A stretch of 64,000 bases of DNA, from NCBI GenBank assembly GCA_023265455.1, contig JAHFTQ010000006.1, positions 30,746 to 94,745 of the forward strand, written 5' to 3'. This document shows, piece by piece, positions 1-9,319 of the stretch. The notes below the pieces were generated by a model that was given only the letters and a program-made list of their open reading frames with translations, ran no database searches and had not been told where the DNA came from. The DNA comes from Parachlamydiales bacterium (GTDB lineage: Bacteria > Chlamydiota > Chlamydiia > Chlamydiales > Rhabdochlamydiaceae). A program made the translations under genes and the position numbers. Every line of letters starts with the position of its first letter. Position 1 is the stretch's first letter.

Positions 1-165
1 TTCTGTGGCTTGTTCAACAACTAAGACGCGGTGTCCTTCGCATCTTTTATAGAGAGCCTCAAACATGGAGAGTGGACTCGTTCCCACAACAACATAATCA
101 AAGTCGGTCTCAACACCATAGAGGGCAATGCACCACAGGCATAGGAGAAGAAGTTGCTTTGGCAT
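1..165 (-). CDS. N-terminal fragment of a putative FAD/NAD(P)-binding oxidoreductase; the gene continues beyond the window start
   Basis: My translation of the minus strand from the ATG at 165 gives MPKQLLLLCLWCIALYGVETDFDYVVVGTSPLSMFEALYKRCEGHRVLVVEQATE. It has a hydrophobic leader followed by a DYVVVG...VLVVE dinucleotide-binding-like pattern, and it stays open to the window edge. Confidence 0.4.
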   Translation of the reverse strand, partial: MPKQLLLLCLWCIALYGVETDFDYVVVGTSPLSMFEALYKRCEGHRVLVVEQATE

Positions 166-185
166 AGGATATCCCTTTTAAATTC

Positions 186-312
186 CGTTTAGCAGAGAGG
201 CGCTTACGCGCGGGAGAGACGCGGAGAACGCAGAGTAAAAAAATCCCAGGAATTTTTCTCTGCGCCCTCTGCGTCTCTCCCGCGCGTAGTGCCTCTGCGC
301 TGATGAAACTTG
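186..312. repeat. Family A palindromic repeat, copy A1 (core-only, degenerate, no terminal TIRs)
   Basis: agcagagaggcgcttacgcgcgggagagacgcggag ... ctctgcgtctctcccgcgcgtagtgcctctgcgctgatgaaact forms a GC-rich hairpin. It is homologous to the cores at 17280-17415 and 53210-53335. Confidence 0.7.
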
Positions 313-334
313 TCCTAAGTATTGTTGCGAATTG

Positions 335-2548
335 TTAAAAAAAAGTCGAGAGGGGATCGACATCGACTAAAAGATGGACATGGGGATGTTTTTTTAAAAC
401 TTTGACAACCTCAGTGACAGGACGAGCTGACGCCCCTTTGATGAGACATTGAAATCTAAAGTGGTCTTTAATTTTGGCATAGCCGCAAGCAATGACGGGA
501 TGAAGTTGGTAGCCGGAAGAGAGGGCTTTGATGAGCATCTGACGCACTTCCTGGGCATAACCTAGAGTCATAGTTTCATCTTTGCCAGAGAAAGTGAGTT
601 TGACTAAATGACAAGAGGGGGGGAAGTGAAAAAGTTTACGCACTTCGATTTCTTCATTGAAGAAAGCGGGATAATCGAGCTTGGCCGCGTGTAAGATGGT
701 GCTATGGTGGGGAAGCTGGGTTTGAAGGATGACTTCTCCTTTCAAGCTACTGCGTCCTGCTCTACCTGCCACTTGGGTGATCAGCTGAAACGTCTGTTCA
801 GAGGCGCGAAAATCGGGAATCTGCAGCGCTCCATCGGTGTTGAGGACACCTACAAGAGTCACCGAGGGAAAGTGGAGCCCTTTGGCGATCATCTGAGTTC
901 CGATGAGAACATCGGCTTTTCCCGCGCGGAATTGTTTGAAAAGTTTGTCATGGCTTCCCTTATGGCGCGTTGTATCGGCATCGAGGCGGATGGTGCGGAC
1001 TTCTGGGAAAATCGCGTGAAGAGACCTCTCGACTAACTCAGTACCAGCGCCTTTAAATTTAAAGGCCTCTTCAGCTTGGCAACCCGGACATGTTTTAGGA
1101 AGCGGAGAAAGTTCATAACCGCAGAGGTGGCAAGATAGAACATTTTGACCTTTGTGAAAGGTGAGGCTCAGCGAGCAGTGAGGGCATTGCAGGATGTGCG
1201 CGCAAAGATTGCAAGCCGCGGAGGTATGAAACCCCCTACGGTTCAAAAAAAGAAGCGATTGCTCGCCGATCTCCAATCGCTTTTTTAAAGAGGCGAGAAG
1301 TTGATCTGAAAAGAGAGTAAATCCCTTGGCTTTGTCGAACTCAGCTCGCATGTCGACGATTTGAACAGAAGGTAAATGAGCGCTGTCAGCGCGCAGTGTC
1401 AGCGAGCTCAACGTGTATTTGCCACTCAGTGCATTAGCGTAACTTTCAAGGCTAGGAGTCGCGCTTCCTAAAATCACCGTTGCCCGGCAGATTTTTCCTC
1501 GCATGACGGCGACATCGCGGGCATGATAGCAGGGCGTGTCGTCGGCTTGCTTGTAAGCTGAGTCGTGCTCTTCGTCGACGACGATGAGGCCGAGATTGTT
1601 GACCGGACTAAATAGCGCGGATCTGGGGCCTACCACTAAAGAAAGAGTTCCTTGCCGGATCTTTTGCCAGGTGTCACGCCGCTCTCCATCGCTGAGTCGA
1701 TGGTGAAGAATAGCAACTTTTTCTTGGAACCTGCTGCGGAGTCTTTCGACGGTTTGTGAAGTCAGGGCAATCTCGGGGACTAGAAATAGAGCCGATTTAC
1801 CTTGGGCCAGCGCTCTTTCGATGGCCCGCAGGTAGACCTCGGTTTTACCGCTACCTGTGACGCCATAAAGAAGGTGAGTCTCGAAAGTCGAGGCATTTAA
1901 GCTTCCCAAAATTTTTTCTAAAGCCGCTTCTTGCTCAGCATTGAGTACTTTTGACTTCGTCGGAAAAAAATCGTGCTCTAAGGCGAATGAGCGATCAATG
2001 GTGATCGGAGCGAGCGATAAAATGCCTGCCTCAACAAGCGTCTCAACAGGACTTCGAGAAACCTCAGCTTTTTCGAGAAGCTCCGTCAATAAAATCCCCT
2101 GGGGATGCTTAAGCACGGTTTCCAAGACTTTAGCTTGAGAGCCCCGCTTTTGACTACAGACATCAGCTAGCTGAGGCCGTGTCAGAAGTGATTTGACGAG
2201 CAGCTGTTTTTTTTCTTCCATGCCTCGACGAATCTGAGGTGGCAAAAGGAGTTTAATCACCTTGAAAAACGGTGTGCAATAGTAGCTAGCCAGCCAAATT
2301 CCCAAGGCAAGAAGATCAGGAGCAATGGCTCGGTCAGAAGAATGGAGGGCAACAATAGGCTGGGTTTTTTTTGACGCGGTCTCTTTTTTGAGAGAGATGA
2401 CAGTTCCACTGCAGCTTTGTTTTTGCAAAGAGACTTGGACACGCATGCCAGGCCCCACCTGATCTATCAAATGGGCGGGAACCGCGTAATCGAGAAGCTT
2501 ATCGAGCGCTACGTCGACGTAGATAGCAGCGTAGAGAGGGTTTTCCAT
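335..2548 (-). CDS. priA: Primosomal protein N' (replication restart helicase PriA)
   Basis: 737 aa. Walker A GVTGSGKTEVYL, DEEHD box, a CxxC...CxxC zinc-binding insertion (CNLCAHILQCPHCSLSL...CHLCGY...CPGC) and a C-terminal helicase motif QVAGRAGR. Confidence 0.95.
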   Translation of the reverse strand: MENPLYAAIYVDVALDKLLDYAVPAHLIDQVGPGMRVQVSLQKQSCSGTVISLKKETASKKTQPIVALHSSDRAIAPDLLALGIWLASYYCTPFFKVIKLLLPPQIRRGMEEKKQLLVKSLLTRPQLADVCSQKRGSQAKVLETVLKHPQGILLTELLEKAEVSRSPVETLVEAGILSLAPITIDRSFALEHDFFPTKSKVLNAEQEAALEKILGSLNASTFETHLLYGVTGSGKTEVYLRAIERALAQGKSALFLVPEIALTSQTVERLRSRFQEKVAILHHRLSDGERRDTWQKIRQGTLSLVVGPRSALFSPVNNLGLIVVDEEHDSAYKQADDTPCYHARDVAVMRGKICRATVILGSATPSLESYANALSGKYTLSSLTLRADSAHLPSVQIVDMRAEFDKAKGFTLFSDQLLASLKKRLEIGEQSLLFLNRRGFHTSAACNLCAHILQCPHCSLSLTFHKGQNVLSCHLCGYELSPLPKTCPGCQAEEAFKFKGAGTELVERSLHAIFPEVRTIRLDADTTRHKGSHDKLFKQFRAGKADVLIGTQMIAKGLHFPSVTLVGVLNTDGALQIPDFRASEQTFQLITQVAGRAGRSSLKGEVILQTQLPHHSTILHAAKLDYPAFFNEEIEVRKLFHFPPSCHLVKLTFSGKDETMTLGYAQEVRQMLIKALSSGYQLHPVIACGYAKIKDHFRFQCLIKGASARPVTEVVKVLKKHPHVHLLVDVDPLSTFF

Positions 2549-3117
2549 AGGTCTTTTTTGAGCTCGGGATTTTTCAAATAGGCGGCGGCCTGCTGCATGA
2601 GGATAACGGGAGTCTCGCCTAGGAAACAGGTTTTAGAGGCGGGGGTTTCTTTGTAAAAACGAGCTAGAGAAAGCGATTTCCACTCTTGTAAAGGGGGAGC
2701 GAGGATGAGTTTGAGCTGAGGAGAGCTAAGGATCATCTCCCAGCCATTTTCTTTTTCGATCTCAATGAGATGAGCTGGAGCTAAATGAGAGTGAATGGCT
2801 TTTGTCATATTTTGTAAAAGTTGTAATGCAGCGTCACTCTCTTTGAGAGTTAGCACAAGCACTTGGGCGGTCAGTTGGGGCTCTTTCCACAGGTTCGAGC
2901 GCTTGCGAGCTTCATGATCCGGGGGAATTTCCGTCTTCAAAGCCATCTCAGGAAGAGCTTTTTTAATGAGCTTTTGCATTTCAGGATCGATCACTTCGGA
3001 GGGCCTTTTTTTCTTCGTGGAGAAATACTCAAACTCTTCAGGAGAAACCAAAATGGAGTCTTGTTTTGCAGCTTCTTGCTTGAGAAATTCTAAAGAGTCG
3101 CGGATGAGTTGATCCAT
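2509..3117 (-). CDS. Hypothetical protein
   Basis: 202-aa ORF co-directional with priA, overlapping its start by 40 nt. I recognise no motif. Confidence 0.45.
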   Translation of the reverse strand: MDQLIRDSLEFLKQEAAKQDSILVSPEEFEYFSTKKKRPSEVIDPEMQKLIKKALPEMALKTEIPPDHEARKRSNLWKEPQLTAQVLVLTLKESDAALQLLQNMTKAIHSHLAPAHLIEIEKENGWEMILSSPQLKLILAPPLQEWKSLSLARFYKETPASKTCFLGETPVILMQQAAAYLKNPELKKDLWKTLSTLLSTST

Positions 3118-3590
3118 TCAGGGGTATAAAAGCCTCGTTTTTGGTATTGATCAGCAACCATCAGTTTAAGCTTTTCGGGCCCTTCTGGGCAAATTTTATT
3201 CAGGATCGACTCAATATTTAGGAAATTTCGATGTTTGAGAAGAAATAAAAGCAGATTTTCATTGGTTTGACAAGCCAAGACAAAAGGCTCTAATAGCTCC
3301 ATCAGCTGATGACAGGGCTTGTCGAGATGTCTCAAAAATTTTTGAGCCTCCGCAGCAAGAGATGGAAATGCAGCCGAAAGAAGAGAGGCATGCTCTGAAA
3401 CTTTGTAATGAGAGCCTTGCTTCCACGACCAGTCGAAAGGCGCCAGAAGGGGAGGGGCCTCTTTGCTTAAGTAGCCTTCAGCTCGGATCAGCTCTTTGAG
3501 GATGAATTGAAGAATGAGTGAGGGTCCTTCGCCTTCTGAGGCGGTGGAGAGTGAAAAAGGGGAGTGAAAGTACACGTGCTGCCCAACCAT
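3090..3590 (-). CDS. Hypothetical protein
   Basis: 166-aa ORF with a 28-nt overlap onto the downstream ORF, which suggests an operon with priA. I recognise no motif. Confidence 0.45.
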   Translation of the reverse strand: MVGQHVYFHSPFSLSTASEGEGPSLILQFILKELIRAEGYLSKEAPPLLAPFDWSWKQGSHYKVSEHASLLSAAFPSLAAEAQKFLRHLDKPCHQLMELLEPFVLACQTNENLLLFLLKHRNFLNIESILNKICPEGPEKLKLMVADQYQKRGFYTPEWINSSATL

Positions 3591-3648
3591 TAAAGCCGAA
3601 AATATAGATTGGGGGATTTTCGGACAAGTCCCCTTTATGAGCTCTTAT

Positions 3649-6210
3649 TTAAAATGAAAATTTTAATTCGCCTTCTGCGACATTCTCAATGAATTTTTTT
3701 CCGTACTCTCCATGGTAACCTAAAGTGAAAGCTACTTTTTTCTCAGGGAAGGCATAACTGAAGATGGCAGAGGGGCAGATGAGATCGTTGGTGGGCAGTA
3801 GTCCATTGACTGTAAATTGGCAGGAGCTATTTTTAAAGCCTGCTTTAGTTTTTTTTCCCTGAAAGCGGCGCTCATGGGCATAGCTAAGTGAGATTTCTCC
3901 CATCCATTTGCCAGATGTTGAACACTTAATGAAAGCACTGCCAAGACCGATTTCTGTTCTTAAAAGATCGTAGTTTTTTTGATGAACTTTCAAATCTAGA
4001 CTTTGTGCTCCTTTCTCTTGATAACCGCTTTGTACGGTGTGTGTGTAATCCCCATTGACGAAGGGGTAAAGGTGGATGGTTTTATTAGGGGTATGCCAAA
4101 CTTTAAAGTCATAACCGCCTCCTAAGTGCTCTAGGAATTCATGAGAATGTTGGGGATGCGCAGCTGCTTGGTGATCCCTGTAAGAAAAAAGAGGGGTTGC
4201 AACATTGAAGTGCATAGCGCGCTCGGCTTGAGTTTTGTGGTGAAGATAGGAGAAAAGAGCATCAGCAAAAAAATGAGAATTTGTCCAGAGGGTTCCTAAA
4301 GAGCCCGCATAACTATCGGAATGGGCATCAGCTAGATGACCCATTTTTACATGAGTTTTGGAATATGAAAAACCCGTTGTAAATATCCAATGCTCTTTAA
4401 GCTGATAATCTAATGCAGTGGTAAATCCTGCAAACGTCTCTTGGTACCCTTTTAAATTTTCATGGCCATCTTGGTGCACCCATTCGACAAAAGGTGCCGC
4501 CCAAAAAGACCAAGCTCTCTTCTCAGAATCATCATTCTGAGAGCAGTTGAGTACGTTGGCCTCCAAGAGGTGCCTGCTATAAGTTTGACGAATTCTTTCA
4601 GCTACATTTTCTTGAGCAAAAGCAATTGAATTGAAATCTGCAGGAGACATTTGAGTGAAAGTCGTTTGCCTTTCGCTTTGACTTTGGAAAGCGAGCATTG
4701 TGATGAAATTTTCTAAATCAGGGAGCCTTTTGTTAATGAGGGTGTTAAAACATTTTACAATAGCGCCGGTTTCGCCGGATGCAACATATTGATTAAAGGA
4801 TTGCAAAACCACGAAGACATGATTGGAATCATAGAAAGTAAGGTAGCGAACGTTAGGATCCCCACTGCTAAGTGTGAAAGGGGCATTTTGAATAACACCC
4901 TCTAATGCTGTGATAATCGTATACATAGGAAGTTGAGGAGAGCTTCCTTCTAATGATGATAGGGTAAGGGATGTCCCTGGATTAATGGTCACGGTCCCTG
5001 TTGCTAAGATGAGATCGGAACGTGTTTCGCCAATTTCAACGAAATAATTTGAGCCACTGTTAAATGTAACATTTCCAACGGTTCCGTTTCCCGCTAAGGT
5101 CGCGCTATTTTCAATTGTGATAGGGGAATTTGAGATAACCCCATTGACAATGAGGGTTCCTGCTGAAATAGTTGTTGGCCCATTGTAAGTGTTATTTCCC
5201 GTGAGAATAAGTTTTCCAGGACCCGTTTTAGTCAGAGAGCCCGCTCCTTCGATGTTTCCAGCAAAGGTGGCATTAACAGAGGTATCCGTTTGCAGGGTCC
5301 CATTTTCAGCATTCAAAATTAGCACATTGTTAAGAGTGCTCGATTCCCATGCAGTTAAAAGTTGAAGGGTGGACTCATTAAATATAATCGCACCAACTCC
5401 TAAATTCGTAGGACTTGAAACCTGCACAATTCCGCCGTTTAGGGTTGTCGTGCCAGCATAGTTATTTGTTCCTGTTAGATTTAGTGTGCTATTATTTTGT
5501 ATCGTCACATTTCCTGTTCCACTGATCTGACCGCCATAGGTTCCTGTTCCTATTTGGTTAAAAATCAACTCGGAATTATTGGTGATAGGACCTTGAAGAG
5601 TGATGGAATTGCCTTGCAGAGTCCCGTCTTGGATAGTTGTTCCTCCTGAGTAATGGTTAATGGTTCCTGTGAGAATGAGTTTTCCAGGGCCTGTTTTAAT
5701 CAAAGCACCTGTTCCCCCCAGGCTTCCACTGAATGTTGCATTAACAGAAGTATCTGTTTGTAGGGTTCCATTTCCGCTACCCAGCGTCATACTATTAGTA
5801 AAAGTATGGGTTCCAAAAGAGGGGAGTAACTCGAGGGTTCCTCCAGAAAAGCTAAAATTATTAAAGCCCAAATTTGATGGGCTGGAAATTTGTACGGTTC
5901 CCCCCTTAAAAATGGTATTTCCTCCATAGGTATTCATCCCCGTCAGAAGGAGTATGCCCGTCCCTGTTTTGGTTAAGTTTCCGATGCCCCCAATGTTTGT
6001 ACTGATCGTTGCACTAGCAGGATGATCTGTTAGGAAGGTTCCTCCCTCTGCATTGAGGATGATAGGGCGAGATAGCGTGAGTCCTGCCATCAATTCTAGT
6101 GTTTCACCATTGAAAACCAAGCGATCTTCACCAAATAGAGCACCTATGCTTGCACATGAAAGACAGATCCAATAGGCGTATTCCCAAATAGCGAATTTGT
6201 TATTTCTCAT
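3649..6210 (-). CDS. Type Va autotransporter outer membrane protein with PATR-type passenger repeats
   Basis: 853 aa with an N-terminal signal-like segment. It has at least four autotransporter-associated beta-strand repeats (GILLLTGMNTYGGNTIFKGGTVQISS; GKLILTGTINHYSGGTTIQDGTLQ; LNLTGTNNYAGTTTLNGGIVQVSS; GKLILTGNNTYNGPTTISAGTLIVNG). The C-terminal region has alternating aromatic residues typical of a beta-barrel and ends in ...ELKFSF. Confidence 0.85.
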   Translation of the reverse strand: MRNNKFAIWEYAYWICLSCASIGALFGEDRLVFNGETLELMAGLTLSRPIILNAEGGTFLTDHPASATISTNIGGIGNLTKTGTGILLLTGMNTYGGNTIFKGGTVQISSPSNLGFNNFSFSGGTLELLPSFGTHTFTNSMTLGSGNGTLQTDTSVNATFSGSLGGTGALIKTGPGKLILTGTINHYSGGTTIQDGTLQGNSITLQGPITNNSELIFNQIGTGTYGGQISGTGNVTIQNNSTLNLTGTNNYAGTTTLNGGIVQVSSPTNLGVGAIIFNESTLQLLTAWESSTLNNVLILNAENGTLQTDTSVNATFAGNIEGAGSLTKTGPGKLILTGNNTYNGPTTISAGTLIVNGVISNSPITIENSATLAGNGTVGNVTFNSGSNYFVEIGETRSDLILATGTVTINPGTSLTLSSLEGSSPQLPMYTIITALEGVIQNAPFTLSSGDPNVRYLTFYDSNHVFVVLQSFNQYVASGETGAIVKCFNTLINKRLPDLENFITMLAFQSQSERQTTFTQMSPADFNSIAFAQENVAERIRQTYSRHLLEANVLNCSQNDDSEKRAWSFWAAPFVEWVHQDGHENLKGYQETFAGFTTALDYQLKEHWIFTTGFSYSKTHVKMGHLADAHSDSYAGSLGTLWTNSHFFADALFSYLHHKTQAERAMHFNVATPLFSYRDHQAAAHPQHSHEFLEHLGGGYDFKVWHTPNKTIHLYPFVNGDYTHTVQSGYQEKGAQSLDLKVHQKNYDLLRTEIGLGSAFIKCSTSGKWMGEISLSYAHERRFQGKKTKAGFKNSSCQFTVNGLLPTNDLICPSAIFSYAFPEKKVAFTLGYHGEYGKKFIENVAEGELKFSF

Positions 6211-6393
6211 TATTAATTTTCTATAACAATATATTAAAATAATAAAAAGATATTTATATTATAATAATATATAATATTAAAAATTAATAACGAAGATTTC
6301 TGGTTTTGCCACTCAGGATCAATAAAAGATTGCTTTATCTGCAGTTTATCGGCATAATAAAGCTATGAGCAATGCAGATAAAGTGCAGTTAAA

Positions 6394-7449
6394 ATGCCGA
6401 TAAAATTTGAGCCGAAGTACACCCTTACTCCAAGAATTGTGAATGGCTTGCTGCGTATTGAGGCAGCCAAGGAAAAGGTCCTGTATTTGCCTTTAAATCC
6501 CTTAATTCTCAACTCTTTAAGAGAGTCTGCCCGTTTATATACGACACACTATTCTACCATGATCGAAGGCAACCGGATGAGGCTGGATGAAATCGATGTG
6601 ATTCTCAAGCATGAGGGTCATTTTCCGGGCCGAGAGCGGGAAGAACACGAAATCAGAGGATATTATGCGGCTCTGACTCAAGTGGAAAAATGGGCAGCCA
6701 CAGGAACTCCTGTATCCGAAAAAATGATCCAATCCCTCCATGCACTTGTGATGGGGGACGGTAAAAGTAAAGTTAAGCCCACGTCCTACCGAGACGGGCA
6801 AAATGTCATTCGTGATGCTCGGACAAGGGCAATTGTTTATTTGCCGCCGGAGGCTAAAGATGTAAAGGATTTGATGGGGGCCATGGCCAGTTGGATCAAT
6901 ACAAATCGTGAGCTTCCCTGCGCCCTTAGAGCTGCTATTACTCATTACCAATTTGCCACGATTCATCCTTATTACGACGGTAATGGAAGAACAGCAAGGT
7001 TACTGACCACACTGATCCTGCATTTGGGAGGCTATGACTTGAAAGGACTCTATTCTCTAGAGGAATACTATGCGCGCAATCTGGGAGCTTATTACGAAGC
7101 CATCGCAGATATCACCCAGTGGGTGGAGTATTTTGTTGAAGGAATGGCGGTTGCGTTTGAAAATGTGCTGAAGCGGATGGCGGATACACCAGGCGCTCAA
7201 GACCAAAGCCCTCTACTGAGACAACTAGATCCCCGGCAGCGCAAGGCGCTACAGCTATTTCAAGAATTTGATTCGATCACAAGCCATCAGATTGGCGAGC
7301 TATTTGGTTTTAAACCTCGTACCAGTGCTGCGCTCTGTGCAACTTGGGTTAAAAATGGTTTCTTAGAAGTCGTTGATGCATCCAACAAAGGTCGCAAATA
7401 TAGCTTGTCTAAGCAGTACCGCGGCCTGATAGCGTCAAACGATTTTTAA
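6394..7449 (+). CDS. Fic family protein (class II, N-terminal inhibitory helix, C-terminal winged-helix domain)
   Basis: Fic motif HPYYDGNGRTAR at 6964-6999. Inhibitory motif S-x-x-x-E-G is present (STMIEGN). The C-terminal wHTH-like tail reads PRQRKALQLF...ITSHQIGELFG. Confidence 0.9.
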   Translation: MPIKFEPKYTLTPRIVNGLLRIEAAKEKVLYLPLNPLILNSLRESARLYTTHYSTMIEGNRMRLDEIDVILKHEGHFPGREREEHEIRGYYAALTQVEKWAATGTPVSEKMIQSLHALVMGDGKSKVKPTSYRDGQNVIRDARTRAIVYLPPEAKDVKDLMGAMASWINTNRELPCALRAAITHYQFATIHPYYDGNGRTARLLTTLILHLGGYDLKGLYSLEEYYARNLGAYYEAIADITQWVEYFVEGMAVAFENVLKRMADTPGAQDQSPLLRQLDPRQRKALQLFQEFDSITSHQIGELFGFKPRTSAALCATWVKNGFLEVVDASNKGRKYSLSKQYRGLIASNDF

Positions 7450-7733
7450 GTTGTCGAGCCGCTTTTTTCTCTTTGTCTTCGTAAAGAGAGTGCAAGAAGA
7501 AGCTTATTGTCATTTGAAGTGAGACCGAAAGAATCTTTTTTGTAGTCGATGACGGTAATATCAAATTTTTTCCCAACTTCGGATTCAAAGTAACATTCTA
7601 TAAGTCCCATCGAAGCATCTCTGATCATCTTAAGGGCATCTTTTCTGGACTTGCCTTGTGTCATTAGATTCAATGAGGGGACTTCTATGAGCCAGATTTT
7701 ACCGTCTCTCCAAACTTTTCCTTCAAATTCCAT
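7446..7733 (-). CDS. HicB-like antitoxin-fold protein, possibly C-terminally truncated
   Basis: The N-terminus (MEFEGKVWRDGKIWLIEVPSLNLMTQGKSRKDALKMIRDASMGLIE) fits the HicB/UPF0150 pattern: an X-W-hydrophobic-X-V-P stretch, then G, then EAL-like and IE-like positions. The ORF ends 4 nt inside the fic stop, just where an HTH would begin (LRRQREKSG). Confidence 0.5.
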   Translation of the reverse strand: MEFEGKVWRDGKIWLIEVPSLNLMTQGKSRKDALKMIRDASMGLIECYFESEVGKKFDITVIDYKKDSFGLTSNDNKLLLALSLRRQREKSGSTT

Positions 7734-7738
7734 TAGTA

Positions 7739-8020
7739 CTACAGATAGTGGTAGTGCTTTTTGAAGAAAGTTAGAGCTACACTTTGCGGAAAATGCGCTG
7801 GCTGGCTTTGACTTAACACGATCCAGTTATCGACATATTTTTTCGGAGCAGTGAGGAATTCAGAATCTTGCAAGATAGTTTGAATATAGGCTCGGACTTG
7901 CCTATCGCTGTAATCCTGATTGTAGGTAGAGCTTTTTGCAAGAAGACGTAGTTCTATGAGGGGAGGGCTGGGCGCTGTTAGTGCCGCATGGCCTGACTGT
8001 TCTAATATACGAAGTGACAT
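7739..8020 (-). CDS. Hypothetical protein in the toxin position upstream of the HicB-like ORF
   Basis: 93-aa ORF ending 6 nt upstream of the HicB-like start. I see no HicA, RelE or ParE motif. Confidence 0.3.
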   Translation of the reverse strand: MSLRILEQSGHAALTAPSPPLIELRLLAKSSTYNQDYSDRQVRAYIQTILQDSEFLTAPKKYVDNWIVLSQSQPAHFPQSVALTFFKKHYHYL

Positions 8021-8158
8021 TGTTGGGCTCCTTTGAAAAGGGCAAGTATTGCATAAATGATATTTTAGGTGATATAACGCTGGCTACGGAGATTAAAATG
8101 ACTCTTAAAAAGGTTGTCAATTTTGGATTTGCTGCAGGCATGAGTTTTGCGTATTGCT

Positions 8159-9202
8159 CTAGAGAGATTCTGGTTCTTCCTTGCCTTTCAGATATTTGGC
8201 GAATGCATGGTCAAAATCAGATAGATATTCGCGATTCTGGTCTACCCGGTATTTTTCATATTCTTCGCTAGCTTTGGCAATAGCCATGTTATGAGAAATT
8301 TGTCCCGCATGTCGCAAAATTTGTTGATCAGTGTAATCCAAGAACTTTTCTACCTGCCTCAGCCAGTCTTTCATTGTCATAACTTGTCGATTTAAGGCTC
8401 GGAGTTCAGCAAAGTCAATAAACATGTTCACCAAACGATCTAATTTAGAAACTTCCTCTTGGTTTAGGTAATTTTTTGCAACGCTTACGTCACTTTTTAA
8501 AATTTTCCCCTTGGGCGAATTCTTCCAAGTAGTGAGTCCCATAAATGGCTTATTACTATCCACTCGCTCATAAATGATCTCAGCAGCAGTTTTTCCAGTG
8601 GTGGCAAAGTGGAGTTGATTCTGAACAATCTGGTAAAACAGTTGAGTCTCTTCCGCTTTGCTCTGATAGTCACCGCTGCATTGCTCAAACACATCTGTAA
8701 TTTTTTGATAGGCTCTTCTTTCGCTGGCTCGAATTTCCCGAATTTTTTCAAGCAACTCATCAAAGTAATCTTTGCCAAAAGAGCGCCCGTTTTTTAGCAT
8801 TTGGTCGTTGAGTACAAAACCTTTCATGATAAACTCACGAAGGGTGTTTGTGGCCCATATCCTGAAGTGCGTAGCTTTAATGGAGTTAACGCGGTAACCC
8901 ACTGCTATTGCCGTATCTAGGTTATAAACTTCTATTTCACGCACAATCTGGCGATTCCCCTCAATTTGAACTGTTTCCATTTTGGAAATAGTTGCTTCTT
9001 GAGTCAGTTCTCCGGTCGCATAAATATTTTTTATATGTTTAGAGATTGCTGGAGGATTTACACCAAATAGCTCGGCCATAGTCCGTTGTGTCAACCAAAA
9101 AGTCTCTTTTTCAAAAAAGACATCTGCCGTCACCTTGCCATCAGGTGTAGTATAAAGAATGATCTTATTTTGCAGATCTTGCAAAGTGATTTGTTCTTTC
9201 AT
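8159..9202 (-). CDS. RhuM family virulence/DNA-binding protein
   Basis: 347 aa. The N-terminus (LYTTPDGKVTADVFFEKETFWLTQRTMAELFGVNPPAISKHIKNIYATGEL...NLDTAIAVGYRVNSIKATHFRIWATNTLREFIMKGFVLND) is the characteristic RhuM signature. Confidence 0.85.
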   Translation of the reverse strand: MKEQITLQDLQNKIILYTTPDGKVTADVFFEKETFWLTQRTMAELFGVNPPAISKHIKNIYATGELTQEATISKMETVQIEGNRQIVREIEVYNLDTAIAVGYRVNSIKATHFRIWATNTLREFIMKGFVLNDQMLKNGRSFGKDYFDELLEKIREIRASERRAYQKITDVFEQCSGDYQSKAEETQLFYQIVQNQLHFATTGKTAAEIIYERVDSNKPFMGLTTWKNSPKGKILKSDVSVAKNYLNQEEVSKLDRLVNMFIDFAELRALNRQVMTMKDWLRQVEKFLDYTDQQILRHAGQISHNMAIAKASEEYEKYRVDQNREYLSDFDHAFAKYLKGKEEPESL

Positions 9203-9319
9203 AAGGATTCCTTAATTGGAAATGTTTTAACGAATTCACCGGATTTAACATTCATTTTGTGAGATTATGCTCCTTTGAAAGTGCAAATATTGCATATTTG
9301 GAAATGATTAACAACAATA

